DNA from: Lama glama
Lineage: Eukaryota
Direction: 5' to 3'
DNA length: 64,000 bases
NCBI GenBank assembly: GCA_028534125.1
Contig: CM052816.1
Span: forward strand, 92,940,001-93,004,000
Part shown: positions 36,416 to 48,075 of the stretch, in pieces
Numbering within the stretch: position 1 is the stretch's first letter
Layout of the letters: each line of letters starts with the position of its first letter
The notes under the pieces: model-generated
What the model saw: the letters and a program-made list of their open reading frames with translations, nothing else
What the model was told of the DNA's origin: nothing
The model's database searches: none
Translations under genes and position numbers: made by a program

Positions 36416-37225
36416 TTAATATGTTCTTTTGCCTTCGGGCTGAATCATATTAATTCAGATGAAAATGTAGCCCACAAGCCTAGCAACTCAGGCTTAATAG
36501 CGTTATCGTGAGCACTCTGAGGCACTGTGCACTCAAGGCTGTTTCACTGACTTTTACATAAGAATTCCAAGTTGATGATATTATAAAATAGCATAATTTG
36601 TTAAATTGATTAATGCCTCCAAACTGCATTATTCATTAATTGGCCACATCAAGTGTACTTAAATATTATCCATTTTAACAAAAAGGATGTAACTTGCAGA
36701 GTTTACTCTAAACAAAGTAGATATACACTACTGTATCAGAGACATTTACTGCTAGACATTTACATTTATAATAGATATTTACTCCTTATATTTGCTGTTA
36801 CCCTGTGTATGTTAAAGTGATTCCAAAGTCCCTGTCAGTAGTTGTTTTTTTTTTTTTTAAATCACAGCAATCAAATACAGAGAAGAATCTGGGACATTAC
36901 CTTGACTGTTGTAGAAGGATGCCATCTGTCTGAATGTAACATGCAAACTTGAGCAAACACAATGGAAGAAATAACTCATAGGACAGCATTAGTTAGGAAC
37001 CCAATAGGTATGTCTTCCTACTAACCAGCCTTTTTTTTATCACGTGTTCCACGTAGGCAGTGGGTTAGTTGTTTACAAACTGATTTTTTTTCTTCCTCCT
37101 TCTACTCATCCTGTCTTCTAGGCTAGCATGCTGTTTACATCCCCCTGAATGCCAAACATTGCAGCCCTCTTCCTTCCTGAAAATGCTGGCTTCTCTAAGG
37201 ATTTTTATTTTATCCCCAATACCAA

Positions 37226-37965
37226 ATTATACAACATATTCATCCGTGGGGTTTCCCCCCCTAAACATATCTTTTTAAATAGGCAACACTTAGACCAACA
37301 CTTTGGCAACAGAGGCTGTTTCCTTGGTCTTCCGCAAGGGACAGAATACTCTGGTAGCAATCCAGACCCTCTCCTTGTGACTTCAGAGGGACCTGGACAG
37401 TAGACATGCTTGGATGGAGTCAGAAGCATCAGCAGAGAATTCCAACCCTGGCCCAGGAGAGGGAGGACCCACCAGCATCATTCCACAGCCTCCAATGAGA
37501 GTGGGGTTGGACTTGTAACCTCAGGCTGGGGCAGGGGAAGAGGGGCAGAGAGGGTGCACACATGCCCACAACCCTTTTCTGTGCCCGTAAAAGTCCCTAA
37601 AACACCATCTTTCGGTCCCAAGCTGTATGAAATCTCTCCCTTCTCGTGAATCCTGGGCATATTTTTCCTTTTGTCTGCAGTTGTCCTGATATGATAAATC
37701 TACTTTATATTCTTGTTATTTTTGTATCTGCCTTCTCTCTCTGCTTCTCAAATTTGTATGTAAGCACCTTGAGATCAGAGATGTCTCTAGCTGATCTTAC
37801 CCAGCTCTTATAGCCGCTGCAGGATGAAAATGCTCAGTAAATATCTGTGGACCTAGAATTTGACATCTCCTTCATCCTCAGCATCTGATTATGCAACATA
37901 CTCATCCATGTTTCCCCACCAAACATTTCTTTTTAAACCGGCAACACTTAGACCAACCCTTTGGC
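37226..37965. repeat. Dispersed direct repeat of about 80 bp (37226-37307 and 37888-37965)
   Basis: About 8 substitutions and 4 gap bases; 18-bp identical core ggcaacacttagaccaac. Confidence 0.9.
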
Positions 37966-38409
37966 TGCACTTAGATCCTCATTACTCATCATGAGTTAGT
38001 TCACTTTAAAATGGTGATTGGAGTTTGTCTGAACGAGAAAGCACATTACACATTCAAGACTAGGGTGCCTTACTGGGTGGATCCATGCCCCTGTTCATCC
38101 TCTGTTATTTGGGGGTTGGAAGTTTCCACAGGGGTTCACAAATACCATCTTTCTGAACCAAACATCTCATTGATGGCTCTAGAATTATAGCATATTTACT
38201 TACACCTGTTTGATTTACTTCACAAAGTTTTTAATCCACAAAGAAAGCGTCAGAGCTTAATACATGCCTATACAGTGAAGTGAATGATTAAAATACGAAT
38301 TGCAGCATTTCTTAAAAAGAAATAATAGTTGGATGTAAACCAGAAATATAAACACTTTGTTGTCTCACCCCGTTGTCCTCAAATCTGGGTCACGCTGGTA
38401 GCCAGGCTG

Positions 38410-38627
38410 TACAGACCGACCATCCTGCTGCGACTCCCAGTTCTGCCACTTTCTGATTGTGTCATTTAGACAAATTTCTTCACCTTTCTTTGCCTCCATT
38501 TCCTTTAAGATGGGCACTACAGCCATTCGTCTGCCCCCATAATGTTGTTGTGAGGCTTAAATAAGTAGATATGTATTGACAGCTCATCACTGAACGTGGC
38601 ACGTGACAAGCACCAGTAACTGTAAGC
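38410..38627 (+). mobile_element. MIR SINE
   Basis: tcccagttctgccacttt...tgttgttgtgaggcttaaataag...tggcacgtgacaagcaccagtaactgtaagc. Confidence 0.8.
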
Positions 38628-40649
38628 GTTTGCGCTGCACACGTACCAGCACACGTGCCAAGGCTCTTCTGGGGCACTCTGCTCTTCGGAGCCCATTCTG
38701 ATTCCTGTCCTAATACTAAAAATAGCTGAAAGCTCTGTTGATGGTTGAGGTCTGGGGTGGGGGCTAAATTAGCCTTCAGAGACTTGGAAATATTTCAAGG
38801 CTCAGGTTACCGATTTCTGGAATGGAGTTTCCTCTCTTTGGGTCCCTGGGACGCTGGAATTCTCAGAGGATCCAGCTGCTGCCCCACTGGTGGGCAAGCT
38901 GCTTCCCAGAGGACACAGAAGTGAGGGGAGCCAGGTCCAGGGGTATTAAGATCAGGAGACTCATGAGGAAAGCCACTGGGAGGAGAATGAGCAGGAAGGA
39001 GGACCAAGGTACCAAATGTCAGGCTTTTAGCAGAAGTGGAAATATACTGTTGATGACGTTAGCAGGAGTCAGAGCTTGTAAAGTCTTGCTCACCAGGCTT
39101 AAGAGTACAATTAGGCAGATGCCAGAGCTACTCTGCAGGGTTACTCCGCAAGGGCAGTGAGTCTCAGGGATGCTGTAAAAGCTCTTTTAAGGGGCCTCCC
39201 CACCCACTAATGTTCTGTAGTCTCTCTTTAGAGAGCCTCGTGACATCTTGCCCTGTGCTTCCCAAATGTGGGCTCGCCTGACCGTCTCTTAGCAGGTCCT
39301 GGGCAGCCAGGTGCAAACTTAAAGCCAAGGACCACGAATACGGGGTATGGCGTGCAGTCTGGTCAGGGGCTGCCTTCTGCCACCAGCCAGGCCCCTCTGG
39401 TTTCTCATGTGTATTTCTTTCGGATGCTTTGTAATCTGCAGCCTGCCTAAGGATGCCACTCCTGGGATATGGGGGCCCCAGGTATTTGAAGACCATCTGG
39501 GTTTGGAGGTTTCGGCAGTTCTGCCATGAGTGGGAGGCATAGGTTATGTTTGATCATCCGTCATAGTTTCACTTCCATGTTTCTATTTGTTTGCTTCTCT
39601 TTGACCTCTTAGGCTTCGGTGTATTTTGTTTTAATTACTTAGCTTCCTTGATCAGGACCAGCATCTCCAGCACTGTGGAAATAATTATAATCAAATATTA
39701 TCTCTCTTCTGTAAGAAAAAAAGATACACACGTTTTTCGCTGAGCAAATGCCTCCCACATCTGCCTTGACATTGCCTGCATTTCAGAAGACCTATTTCCT
39801 TCACCTCCCATCATAGGAAGAAAACGAACACTTTGAGTTCCATGGTGGATTTGCGGAAAGGTTCCTAATTCCACAATGCTGAATTGTTAAAATGGAGGGG
39901 CCTGTGAATGATCTCCTGTCACTAATACAAAATGAAAACCCCTGCAGGCAATTGCTTTTCCTAATTCTGTTTGATTTGCTGAGAGCAGACACCATTATTC
40001 AAAGCACATATGAAATCATGCACCTGGGCGTTTAAATTTGGGATTGAATCTCCTGCAGACCTGAGCTTGAAAAAAGGCTCCAGGGAATTAGCATTTTCCC
40101 AGCAGTGGATTTAATAACCCCGGAAAAGGGTTTGTGAACCCTACTGTCAGTCTCAGAGCTCAGTTCTTTTAAAGCGCCAGACAAAAGAAATAGATTTTAC
40201 TAAGGAGATTTCTATTCCACCGACAAGGTATTTGAAAATTGTAATAGACATAAAAATGAATCATGTGTTACTGGGTGATTTGTAAAGTTTCTATCAAGTT
40301 TTTCTCCTGGTTTATGCTATTTGGCACTGCAAGTAAGCAGTGCCAAAATATGTCTTAGCTGCTTACTTTGGAAGAATAAAATCCAATCTGTGTGAAAGCC
40401 AGAAGGGAAAGCTATTTTCTGCCATCACTATGCTCTTTCTTATGCATCGCTCATTCATTTGTTCTTCATTTGGGTTTCATTTGTGCTTTCCGTGTTAGGT
40501 GCAGAATTCAGGCACACGATGGCTCTTGGGAAACTTTGAAAGACGGATTGAGCATCTGGCATTTCCCTTTTTCTCATTTGAGGATCATGTGTCCATATAC
40601 ACATGCATTTGTAGGATCAGCACACTAGCAGGGAAGTAGCATCTGTAGG

Positions 40650-40980
40650 CTGTGGAGGGGGAGCGGGTAGAGGAGGTCCCTGCAAGTAGCTGTTAGCTGA
40701 TGGTGACAAGAGTTGGAGGATAAATGCCCCGGCTCCGTCATCCCTCAGGCGGGATAACTCTGAGGCATGCTCGACTCCCTCTTCCATCCTTCCCAGCAGG
40801 ACTGAGCCCCAGTTGTCTGCAGGGAGAACCTGCTCGTGAACACATCATGGACTGGTTTCTTTCTCTTCTTCATGTGACACTTCCACTCCCTGTCCAGTAC
40901 TTCTTGGGGGTCAAATGAACTACTTGTCCTTGGATCCCTGTCTCTTGGGTCTGCTCCTGGGGGAGTCCAGTGCAAGCCAG
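40650..40980 (+). mobile_element. ERVL LTR16-like remnant
   Basis: ccctcaggcgggataactctgaggcatg...cccagcaggactgagccccagttg...aactacttgtccttggatccctgtctcttgggtctgctcctggggg. Confidence 0.7.
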
Positions 40981-41132
40981 TGAGGGAGGAGGAAGCTGAA
41001 AGGAAGGCAGAAGTCAGAGTGTGGAGGGCTGGGGTTCTCAAAGCATGGTCCATGGAACCCCAGTGTTGCCTGGGACCCTTTTCAGGAAGTATGAGAAGTC
41101 AAATTAGGTTTTCATAACAGTGCTAAGATGGA

Positions 41133-41277
41133 GGGGGAGGGTATAGCTCAAGTGGTAGCATACAAATGCTTAGCATACAAAAGGGTTCAATCGCTGGTAC
41201 CTCCTCTAAAAATAAATAAATGAGTAAACCTCATTACTTCCCCTGAACAACAGCAACAAAAAACTTATTTAAAAAAT
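41133..41277 (+). mobile_element. tRNA(Ala)-derived SINE, camelid Vic-1-like, nested in Charlie
   Basis: gggggagggtatagctcaagtggtag...cttagcat...gggttcaatc; aataaa repeats; TSD agtgctaagatgg at 41119-41131 / 41278-41290. Confidence 0.9.
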
Positions 41278-41422
41278 AGTGCTAAGATGGTATTTGCCTT
41301 TTTCACCATTGTGATATGTCACTGTCAAAATGCAAATCAAAGGTGGGTAAAACCAGTGGGACTTTGGTACAAATCAAGGCTGCACTGGGAATCATTGTAA
41401 TCTTCACCACATACATTTGCAA

Positions 41423-41474
<52 letters not shown>
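41423..41474. repeat. (TA)n microsatellite
   Basis: Direct reading. Confidence 0.95.
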
Positions 41475-43329
41475 GTTTCACTTTAAAATGTCCTTGAAGC
41501 TATGAAAATGATTACTTCTTATTAAACCTCTTCTCTTGAGTATAGTTTTAAAAAGCCCTGTGTAATGGAACGGGGAATACATAAAGTGCTCCGTGTGCTC
41601 CAGCTGTAGTGGCTGTCTTGAGTTATGAGCTGAACTAGCCTCACACTTCAGGGAGCACTGGTTTTACTTGAAGGGATGACTGGCAGATGATCAAACTATG
41701 ATCATGCAGACTTAAATACCTGCCAGATATTTTCTCAAAAATGAACAAAGTGATATTATTTGTTGCCAATAATAAAATTTGAGCTTCCAAGTGAAAGCTA
41801 GAATCTTGGAAAACTTACGTCACAGTCAGGTTGATTGTTTTCTTAATACGTCAAGACTTCTCTAATGAAATGGGAGGTGATATTAAGAGACTTTTTTTTT
41901 TAATATTGTATAAACATGCTGTGACAGGTTTGGGAAGATCTGCCTAACTCAGTGAGCCAGTGTTTTCCAAATGACCAACGCGTGATGGTTCAAAATCATG
42001 TGTGGGTGAAAGATCCATCCAAAGAGCAAATAGCCCAGTGGATTTCAATACAGTAGAATATGAAGAGGTCACCGACATGACTTTGTGTTCCACACTGCAG
42101 CTAACTGTTAAGAACTGATCACATGCTGAGATTTGGGGCAGTATCAAAAAAAGAACATCCACAGTGATCTGAAATGCCCATGAAACGCTCTTCTGCTTCC
42201 CAACTGCATGTCTGCGTGAGGCTGCTTGTCTTCAGATTTATCAACATGACATATCACAACAGATTGAATGCAGATGTGAGACTCTAGTTGTGTTCTGTTG
42301 AGTCAGGCACTTAAGAGATTTGCAAAAATGTAAAACAGTGCCAGTCTTTTCACTGAAAATGGTTTGTTTTGGAAAATGGAGTTAGCCTTTATAAACGTGT
42401 TATTTGTGATAGTTGTACAAATATGACTATGCATATTAATTACAGATTAATATATTATGTTATAATTTATTTATTTTTATTATTTATGTTAATTATATTA
42501 CTGTGTAATGGCTTTATTATTATTATTTAACATACATCCATAAGGTAATGCTTTCTCAGTTTTCATTTCTAATATGGTGTATGTTGATAGATATAACCCG
42601 CAGACATAAAAATCCTTCGAGGTCCTTGATACCTTTGACAAGTGTAAAGGGACTCTGAGATTAGAAAGTCTGAGAACTGCTGACGCAGAGCCTTGCCCGT
42701 TGCAGGCTTTTAGATATTCTCACCAATTCGGTGGGGAGCCACTGAAGAGTTTTAAACAGGTTAAGTTCCAAGTTAAAGCAGATCTTAAAAATCATCAACC
42801 TTGAATGTGTGTTTGTGTGTGTGATTAAAATGTTGACAACCTCTGCGGCTATGGGAGGCAAGTGGATGCTAATGGGGCATTTGCAATCTGTTCCGTCGGT
42901 GTCTGTAGTAAGAGACACCTACTCAGCCGCACATTCCAGCAGATGCACACGGGGGTCGAGCTCCTGATAAGTGAGGTTTTCTTGTCGTCAACGAACTGCC
43001 CGCAAGTCACTGAGGCATTTGGAAAGCATTAGTTTGTGACAAGCTTCTTAACAGATACCCATAAGGCACACTGAGGTGTAGGAAAATGGATGGCACGGCA
43101 AAGACTGGCTGAAGTCTTTATTCTTGTAAAGTCTGGGGTCTAAGAGGAAGCAGCTGAGTCTGCTCTCCAGGTGAATGATGTCATCCTTCCCTGGTCTGAC
43201 TCGCTTTGACCTGAGATACTGTATTCTCCTAAATTTCTCCTGACCTTTCTCTTTGCTCTGGGTGGTGAGGTCCTGTTGAGTCCACGGTGGGTGAGAAGGA
43301 AGACTTAAAAGGCAGGAGGCAGGAGCAGG

Positions 43330-43857
43330 TATTACCAAACTCAATTTTGGCTGCTTGGTGCTTGAAAGCCAATACTCTAGAGGCAAGTGTTGGCAGAAAG
43401 GAAAGTTGCTTTATCAGAAAGCTGGCAACCTGTGGAGAAGGTGAACTTGTGTCCCAAGACCAACTCTGAAGAGTCGTGCTTGGTCATGACAGTTTTTAAA
43501 GGGAAGAATCTCAGTGAACCATGGCGGCTGGAGGCTGGGTTCTGCATTGTTCTCCTTCACGTGCAGACTGGCTGACTCCTCATTATCTTTCTTTAGGTGT
43601 TATCTTACCGGCGTGATCTGCTGCCAGGATTGCTAAGGGGGCGACTGGGGGGAGAGGGCTAGTCATTCTGTAACTACTTAATTCTTCATTCTTACTTCTT
43701 TTAATCTAGGAAAAGAATCAACAGGTTAGGCAAGCCACGGTGCCATGGTGTGAGCACAAGTCAGGAGTGAGGTTCAGTTGTTTGGTGATCTCCTTTCTAT
43801 AAGGTTTGAGAGGAACAGAAATGGGCAAACAGGAAAGGGCCAAAAGAGCGGCTTACA
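43330..43857 (-). mobile_element. ERV1-class solo LTR, 528 bp
   Basis: Termini tattaccaaac...gcttaca; 4-bp flanks cagg/cggg; aaagccaatac...aaggaaagttgctttat antisense U5/polyA region. Confidence 0.75.
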
Positions 43858-45242
43858 CGGGGAGGAAAAAGGAACAGAGAAGAAGAGAAAGGTGTTCTAG
43901 CTGAGTCCGTCATTCTCAGTGTGTTGAGTCTGCTGTTCACACTCCCCGACTTGCCTGGCTGCTCTGACTCTGGGGGATGGGGATGGGGGGCTCCTTATGA
44001 GTTGAGAAGACACTATTTGATGGGGTGAGTGGGGCAGAGAGCATTTGTCTCACTGAGCAGAGAGGTCAGGCCTCTGCAATTCCTCCAGGCAGCAGCGGGA
44101 ACATAGAGGGAATTGTAATATGGCCAGTGTCACACGGAAGTGATCGCTAAGGTTCTGATGACAACGTGACTGGGCGGCAAAGAGCATGTGTGCCTCTGCC
44201 CGCCAAGCTCCGTGCCTGGAAGGGCTCCTCCTCCACCTTGCTTGCTTTCAGGGGCCCAGATGGCCCCTCTGGGAAGTATTGATCCCTTTCTGCATTGTGT
44301 TTCAAAAGTCCTTCCAGTGATAAGTAGCAGGCTGCTTCTTTCTGAGTGTGCGTAGTACCTGGGGAGTAAGTAAGTGTCCCCATTGCCCAGGAGGGAAGGT
44401 ACACACGGTGCAGGAGAGCTGGGGCACCGGCCTCCCGGGGAGCTGTGGGTCTTAGGGCGTCGGCGATCTGGAGGATGCTCTCACCGGGAGCGTGGACCTC
44501 ACACCTGTGTCCATGGGAAGTCACCACCTCCAGCTAGGCTCTGCCCTGGACTCTGCAGCCCGGGAGCTGTTTCCTTCCTTCCAGGAGCAATGCTGGACTC
44601 CTGGCACCATGTTGCAGAGCTGGTCTCAGAGTGAAAACACAGAGCCACCAGGGTATTTTTCTGAAATTCATTCCTTTCTCTCTGATCCCTTTGCTAAAGG
44701 GGGAAAGTCCCCAAAGAGATGTTTCTGGGTTGAGTTTGCTCCTTCATCTCCTTTCCAGCCTTCATGGTAGGAAAAGGCCTCATGCGCTCCCAGTGGTATC
44801 CACAACATAGGCTCGTAGGCAATTTTAGCAAAATGATCTGGTTTCGGAAATTTTGCTTTTTGAAATGTTGCAGACTATTAAGAAGAGTTTCCCCAAAGCA
44901 CAAAGTATTCCTTTGGCTCAAACCCTCTAATATCCTGCTGTGAAGTGACTGTAAGTCAGAACAATGGTTCCTTTTCCTTTTCTTCTGCCTGGGTGTACGG
45001 TTCTGCCTCCGGCAATTTCCTCAAACCCACTTCCTCCTTTCCCTTCCCAGCAGTACAGCCCAGTGGCAGGTCTTCACCATCTACAATCTGGGTGATTCCT
45101 ACAGCGCCCTGATCAACGCTCTAGTCTCCTGAATTGCTTTCCTTTACTCCATCCACTCATTCTTCCCGCTCCCTTTCTCTCCCTCCCTGTGCTTTGTGGC
45201 TTCCTGTTGCCTGAAGAGTGAAGGCTGGGCTCCTGAGCGGGG

Positions 45243-46070
45243 AGGTCACAGAAGACACTGTTGATGCTCACCTCACAGCCATGTGCTCCTCCACATTTCC
45301 CAGCCTCTTTTGCAGTTAGGCTGGGACCATGGGACCAGGTTTTGGTCAGTGGGAGATGGACGATAGTGGCAGAAGCCACGTCCAGACCTGGCTCCCAAAC
45401 ACATCCCATGAAATCCTTCAGCCTTCTTTCCTCCTGCTGCAGTGACTTTACAGCTATGTGTGTGTTGGGGGTTGTACTGTGTCTCCTGAAAGCTATGTTG
45501 AAGGCCTAACCCCTAGCACCGGTGAAAATGGCCTTATCTGTGCATAGAGTCTTTGAGATGGAATTGAGTTAACGTCAGGTCCCTAGAGCAAGCCCTACTC
45601 CAGTATGGCTGGTGTCCTTATAAAAAGAGGGAAATTTGGACACAGACACAGAGGGGAGAAGGCTGTGTGAAGGTGAAGCAGAGAATGGGACTGTGCTGCC
45701 ACAAACCAAGGAACTCTTGAGGCTTCCAGAAGCTGGAAGAGGCAGGGAAGGATCCTTCCCTAGAGGCTAAGGAGTGAGAATGGCCCTGCCAGACCCTGGG
45801 TTTCAGTCTGTTAGCCTCCAGAACTGTGAGACAATACATCTCTGTATGCAAATGTCAATGCATTCCTGTGGCTTTTCTGGAAACCTTTTTATGGCGGTTA
45901 TATAGCAAGCTAATATAGTGTGCCACCCAGAGCAGTTTCTGGGTGGAGGAGGCTGCCTCGACTGTGTCAACCTTTTGTGAGTGAGAAATAAACCTTCACT
46001 GTGACAAGCCACAAAGATTTAAGGTGTTGTTTGTTACTGAAGCACTTTCTGGCTTGTCCTGATGAGTACG
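45243..46070 (+). mobile_element. Old MaLR LTR (MLT1J-like), split by an MLT1C-like LTR
   Basis: acatttcccagcctcttttgcagttagg; resumes about 45923 with gtgagtgagaaataaaccttc...tgtttgttactgaagca. Confidence 0.75.
45461..45917 (+). mobile_element. MaLR solo LTR, MLT1C-like
   Basis: tggtgtccttataaaaagagggaaatttggacacagacacagaggggagaaggc...ccagaagctggaagaggcagggaaggat...cctccagaactgtgagacaata; 5-bp flanks atgtg/gtgtg. Confidence 0.88.
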
Positions 46071-46285
46071 GTATGTAAGCACATTCATAAGTAGACCCCG
46101 ATTTACCTTTCCCAGCATCCTCTCTTTGTCATGCACCCTGTTTTCCAGTGATACACTTTGCGCCTCTGGGATTTATGCTTTTTTTTTCATCTAAAATGTT
46201 CTTCCTTCCCCTTTTGATCAGGAGAAGTCATATCCTATTAAAGACTAGCTTTAAAGCCCATCACTTTCTCTGGAGACTTGTTGGT

Positions 46286-46407
46286 TGTATCAGTCACCTA
46301 TTGTCACCACAGTGCTATGTAACAAATGACCCTAAAACTCAGAAACATCTAAAAGCATGCATCCATGGGTTTGCTTGGTGTTGGCTGATCTAGTCTGGGC
46401 TCACCTG
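46286..46407 (-). mobile_element. MaLR LTR end fragment, paralogous to 34015-34136
   Basis: tgtatcagtcacctattgtcaccacagtgctatgtaacaaatgaccctaaaactcag is a MaLR terminus; aligns without gaps to 34015-34136. Confidence 0.75.
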
Positions 46408-47224
46408 CAGCCTACTGACATCAGGTCAAAAGCAAGAGCAGGAAGCAATGATGAGCCTAGTCCAAGGGTCAGGTTGACATTTCCAGAAATGATGACAAGA
46501 GCCCTTAGGACACAAGTGGTCACAATCTACTCAGCAGCTTTGGTTGTAGCTGTTGTGTATGTATTCATGGCCCTGTCTCCTGCTAATGGTGACTCCTTGC
46601 AAATAAAAGAAATATTAATAAGTCCATATGCATAGTGTACTTTATACAAATACTGTGAGTGAGGTTATAAGAAACAGTACGTTTGGGAGCAAAATATGCC
46701 CTTAAACTGTAATTATGACATGTGGGAGCAGTGCTATAAACCTTGGAATGTTATGTCCTTAAATACCATCTGATAGTATTTGCTGTTTTCTGTGTTTGAA
46801 TGTCTGCTGTAAATCCAAACTCAAGTGTTTGATGGGGGTGGGGCTGCCCTTAGGCTGCCTTTTCCTTTACCACTGGGCTCAGATGCCAATATCGAATTCT
46901 TGGTGGAAATACGGCGCTCTTCCCCGATGCGTGGGAAATGCCTTTATGGAGAACCCCTCAGTCAAAACTCTATGCTCTTCTCAGATTCCTAGAAAAGTAG
47001 AAAGACAAACATACTCATATCCTCAAGGAAGATACAATGCCATGACCCAGGGGACGGAAGAATTTGCTGTAGGGCGAGACAATGGTCCATTTGCACAGAC
47101 CAGGTAGAGAGAAGTCATTGTCTGGCTTTCATCACTAACCTAAAACTAAAGACTCAACCATTTCCTGTGCACCAAAAATTGTAGCTGCCACCAAAGAGCC
47201 CTGGCTCACAGTAAGACAGCATTA

Positions 47225-47350
47225 GGCAGAGCTGAGAGCCCAGTGTTTGGAGTCAGACAACACCAAGAATGAATCCCAGCCCTGTCATTTGCTGTGTAAC
47301 ATGGTGCCTCCACTTCCTCATCGTCTAACATCTCCCTCATGGGTGTAGGG
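47225..47350 (+). mobile_element. MIR fragment
   Basis: tttggagtcagac...tgaatcccagccctgtcatttgctgtgtaac...gcctccacttcctcatc. Confidence 0.7.
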
Positions 47351-47959
47351 GTACGAAAGGCTGAGGCAAGAGGCTGACAGCCCTCAGTGCAGATTCTGCT
47401 CCCTGGTCCACACTGAATGCCTGATAGCCTTTACGTTTATATGAAAAATGGGGTCTGATGTTTAATTCCTTGCATTCGTTTAATCCAAATCAGTGGGTCA
47501 TGCCATCATAGACCAAAGTATCGCCTCAGGTGGAGACTGCTGCATGTTCTTAAATATCAAGGCAGTTGATGAGCGATGAAAAATAGGTGAAGATTTCAAT
47601 GGTCTCCAGTAACACTTGCCTGGAAAACTCAACCAGTAACAAGCTGTGACTGGAACTGCTTACTTCTGATACTTCTCCCAGGACCTGCTGGGTCTCTCCT
47701 TGTGTACCTGTCTTCTTCTGTCTCCCTTCTTCTCCATCCCCTCCCCCTCCCCTTTCTTTTTCTGTGCATGTCCTTTAAATTTTCCTCATCCACCTCTTCT
47801 TCTTATGGGTGATATGTTTTATACTCTCGCATCTGTCTTTTTTTTCTTCTCATCATTGGTACTTTGACTTGGCTTCTGGTCAGGTGTGCGGCCCCACAAG
47901 CTGGGAGGTTCAGGGAAATCATCCTGATTCTTCATACCCTGTAAATAAGGGGATTGTAT

Positions 47960-48075
47960 CACTTATTAAGCAAACCAAGACACTATTGAGGACGAAAGAA
48001 GGTGGCACTCTTGAAAGTTGTGCCAAACAACAGGCAAACACTAGCACTGAACTGGAAGACCAGAACCTGGGTTCT
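47960..48075. mobile_element. MER81-like hAT-Blackjack MITE remnant
   Basis: caaaccaagacactattgaggacgaaagaaggtggcactcttgaaagttgtgccaaacaacaggcaaacac resembles MER81 as I recall it. Confidence 0.5.

Larger units (their letters stand above)
41029..42682. mobile_element. hAT-Charlie DNA transposon, Charlie1a-like internal deletion derivative
   Basis: Inverted termini ctggggttctcaaag... / ...gtctgagaactgctg; transposase-derived interior (agatattttctcaaaaatgaacaaagtg; tgcgtgaggctg). Confidence 0.85.
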
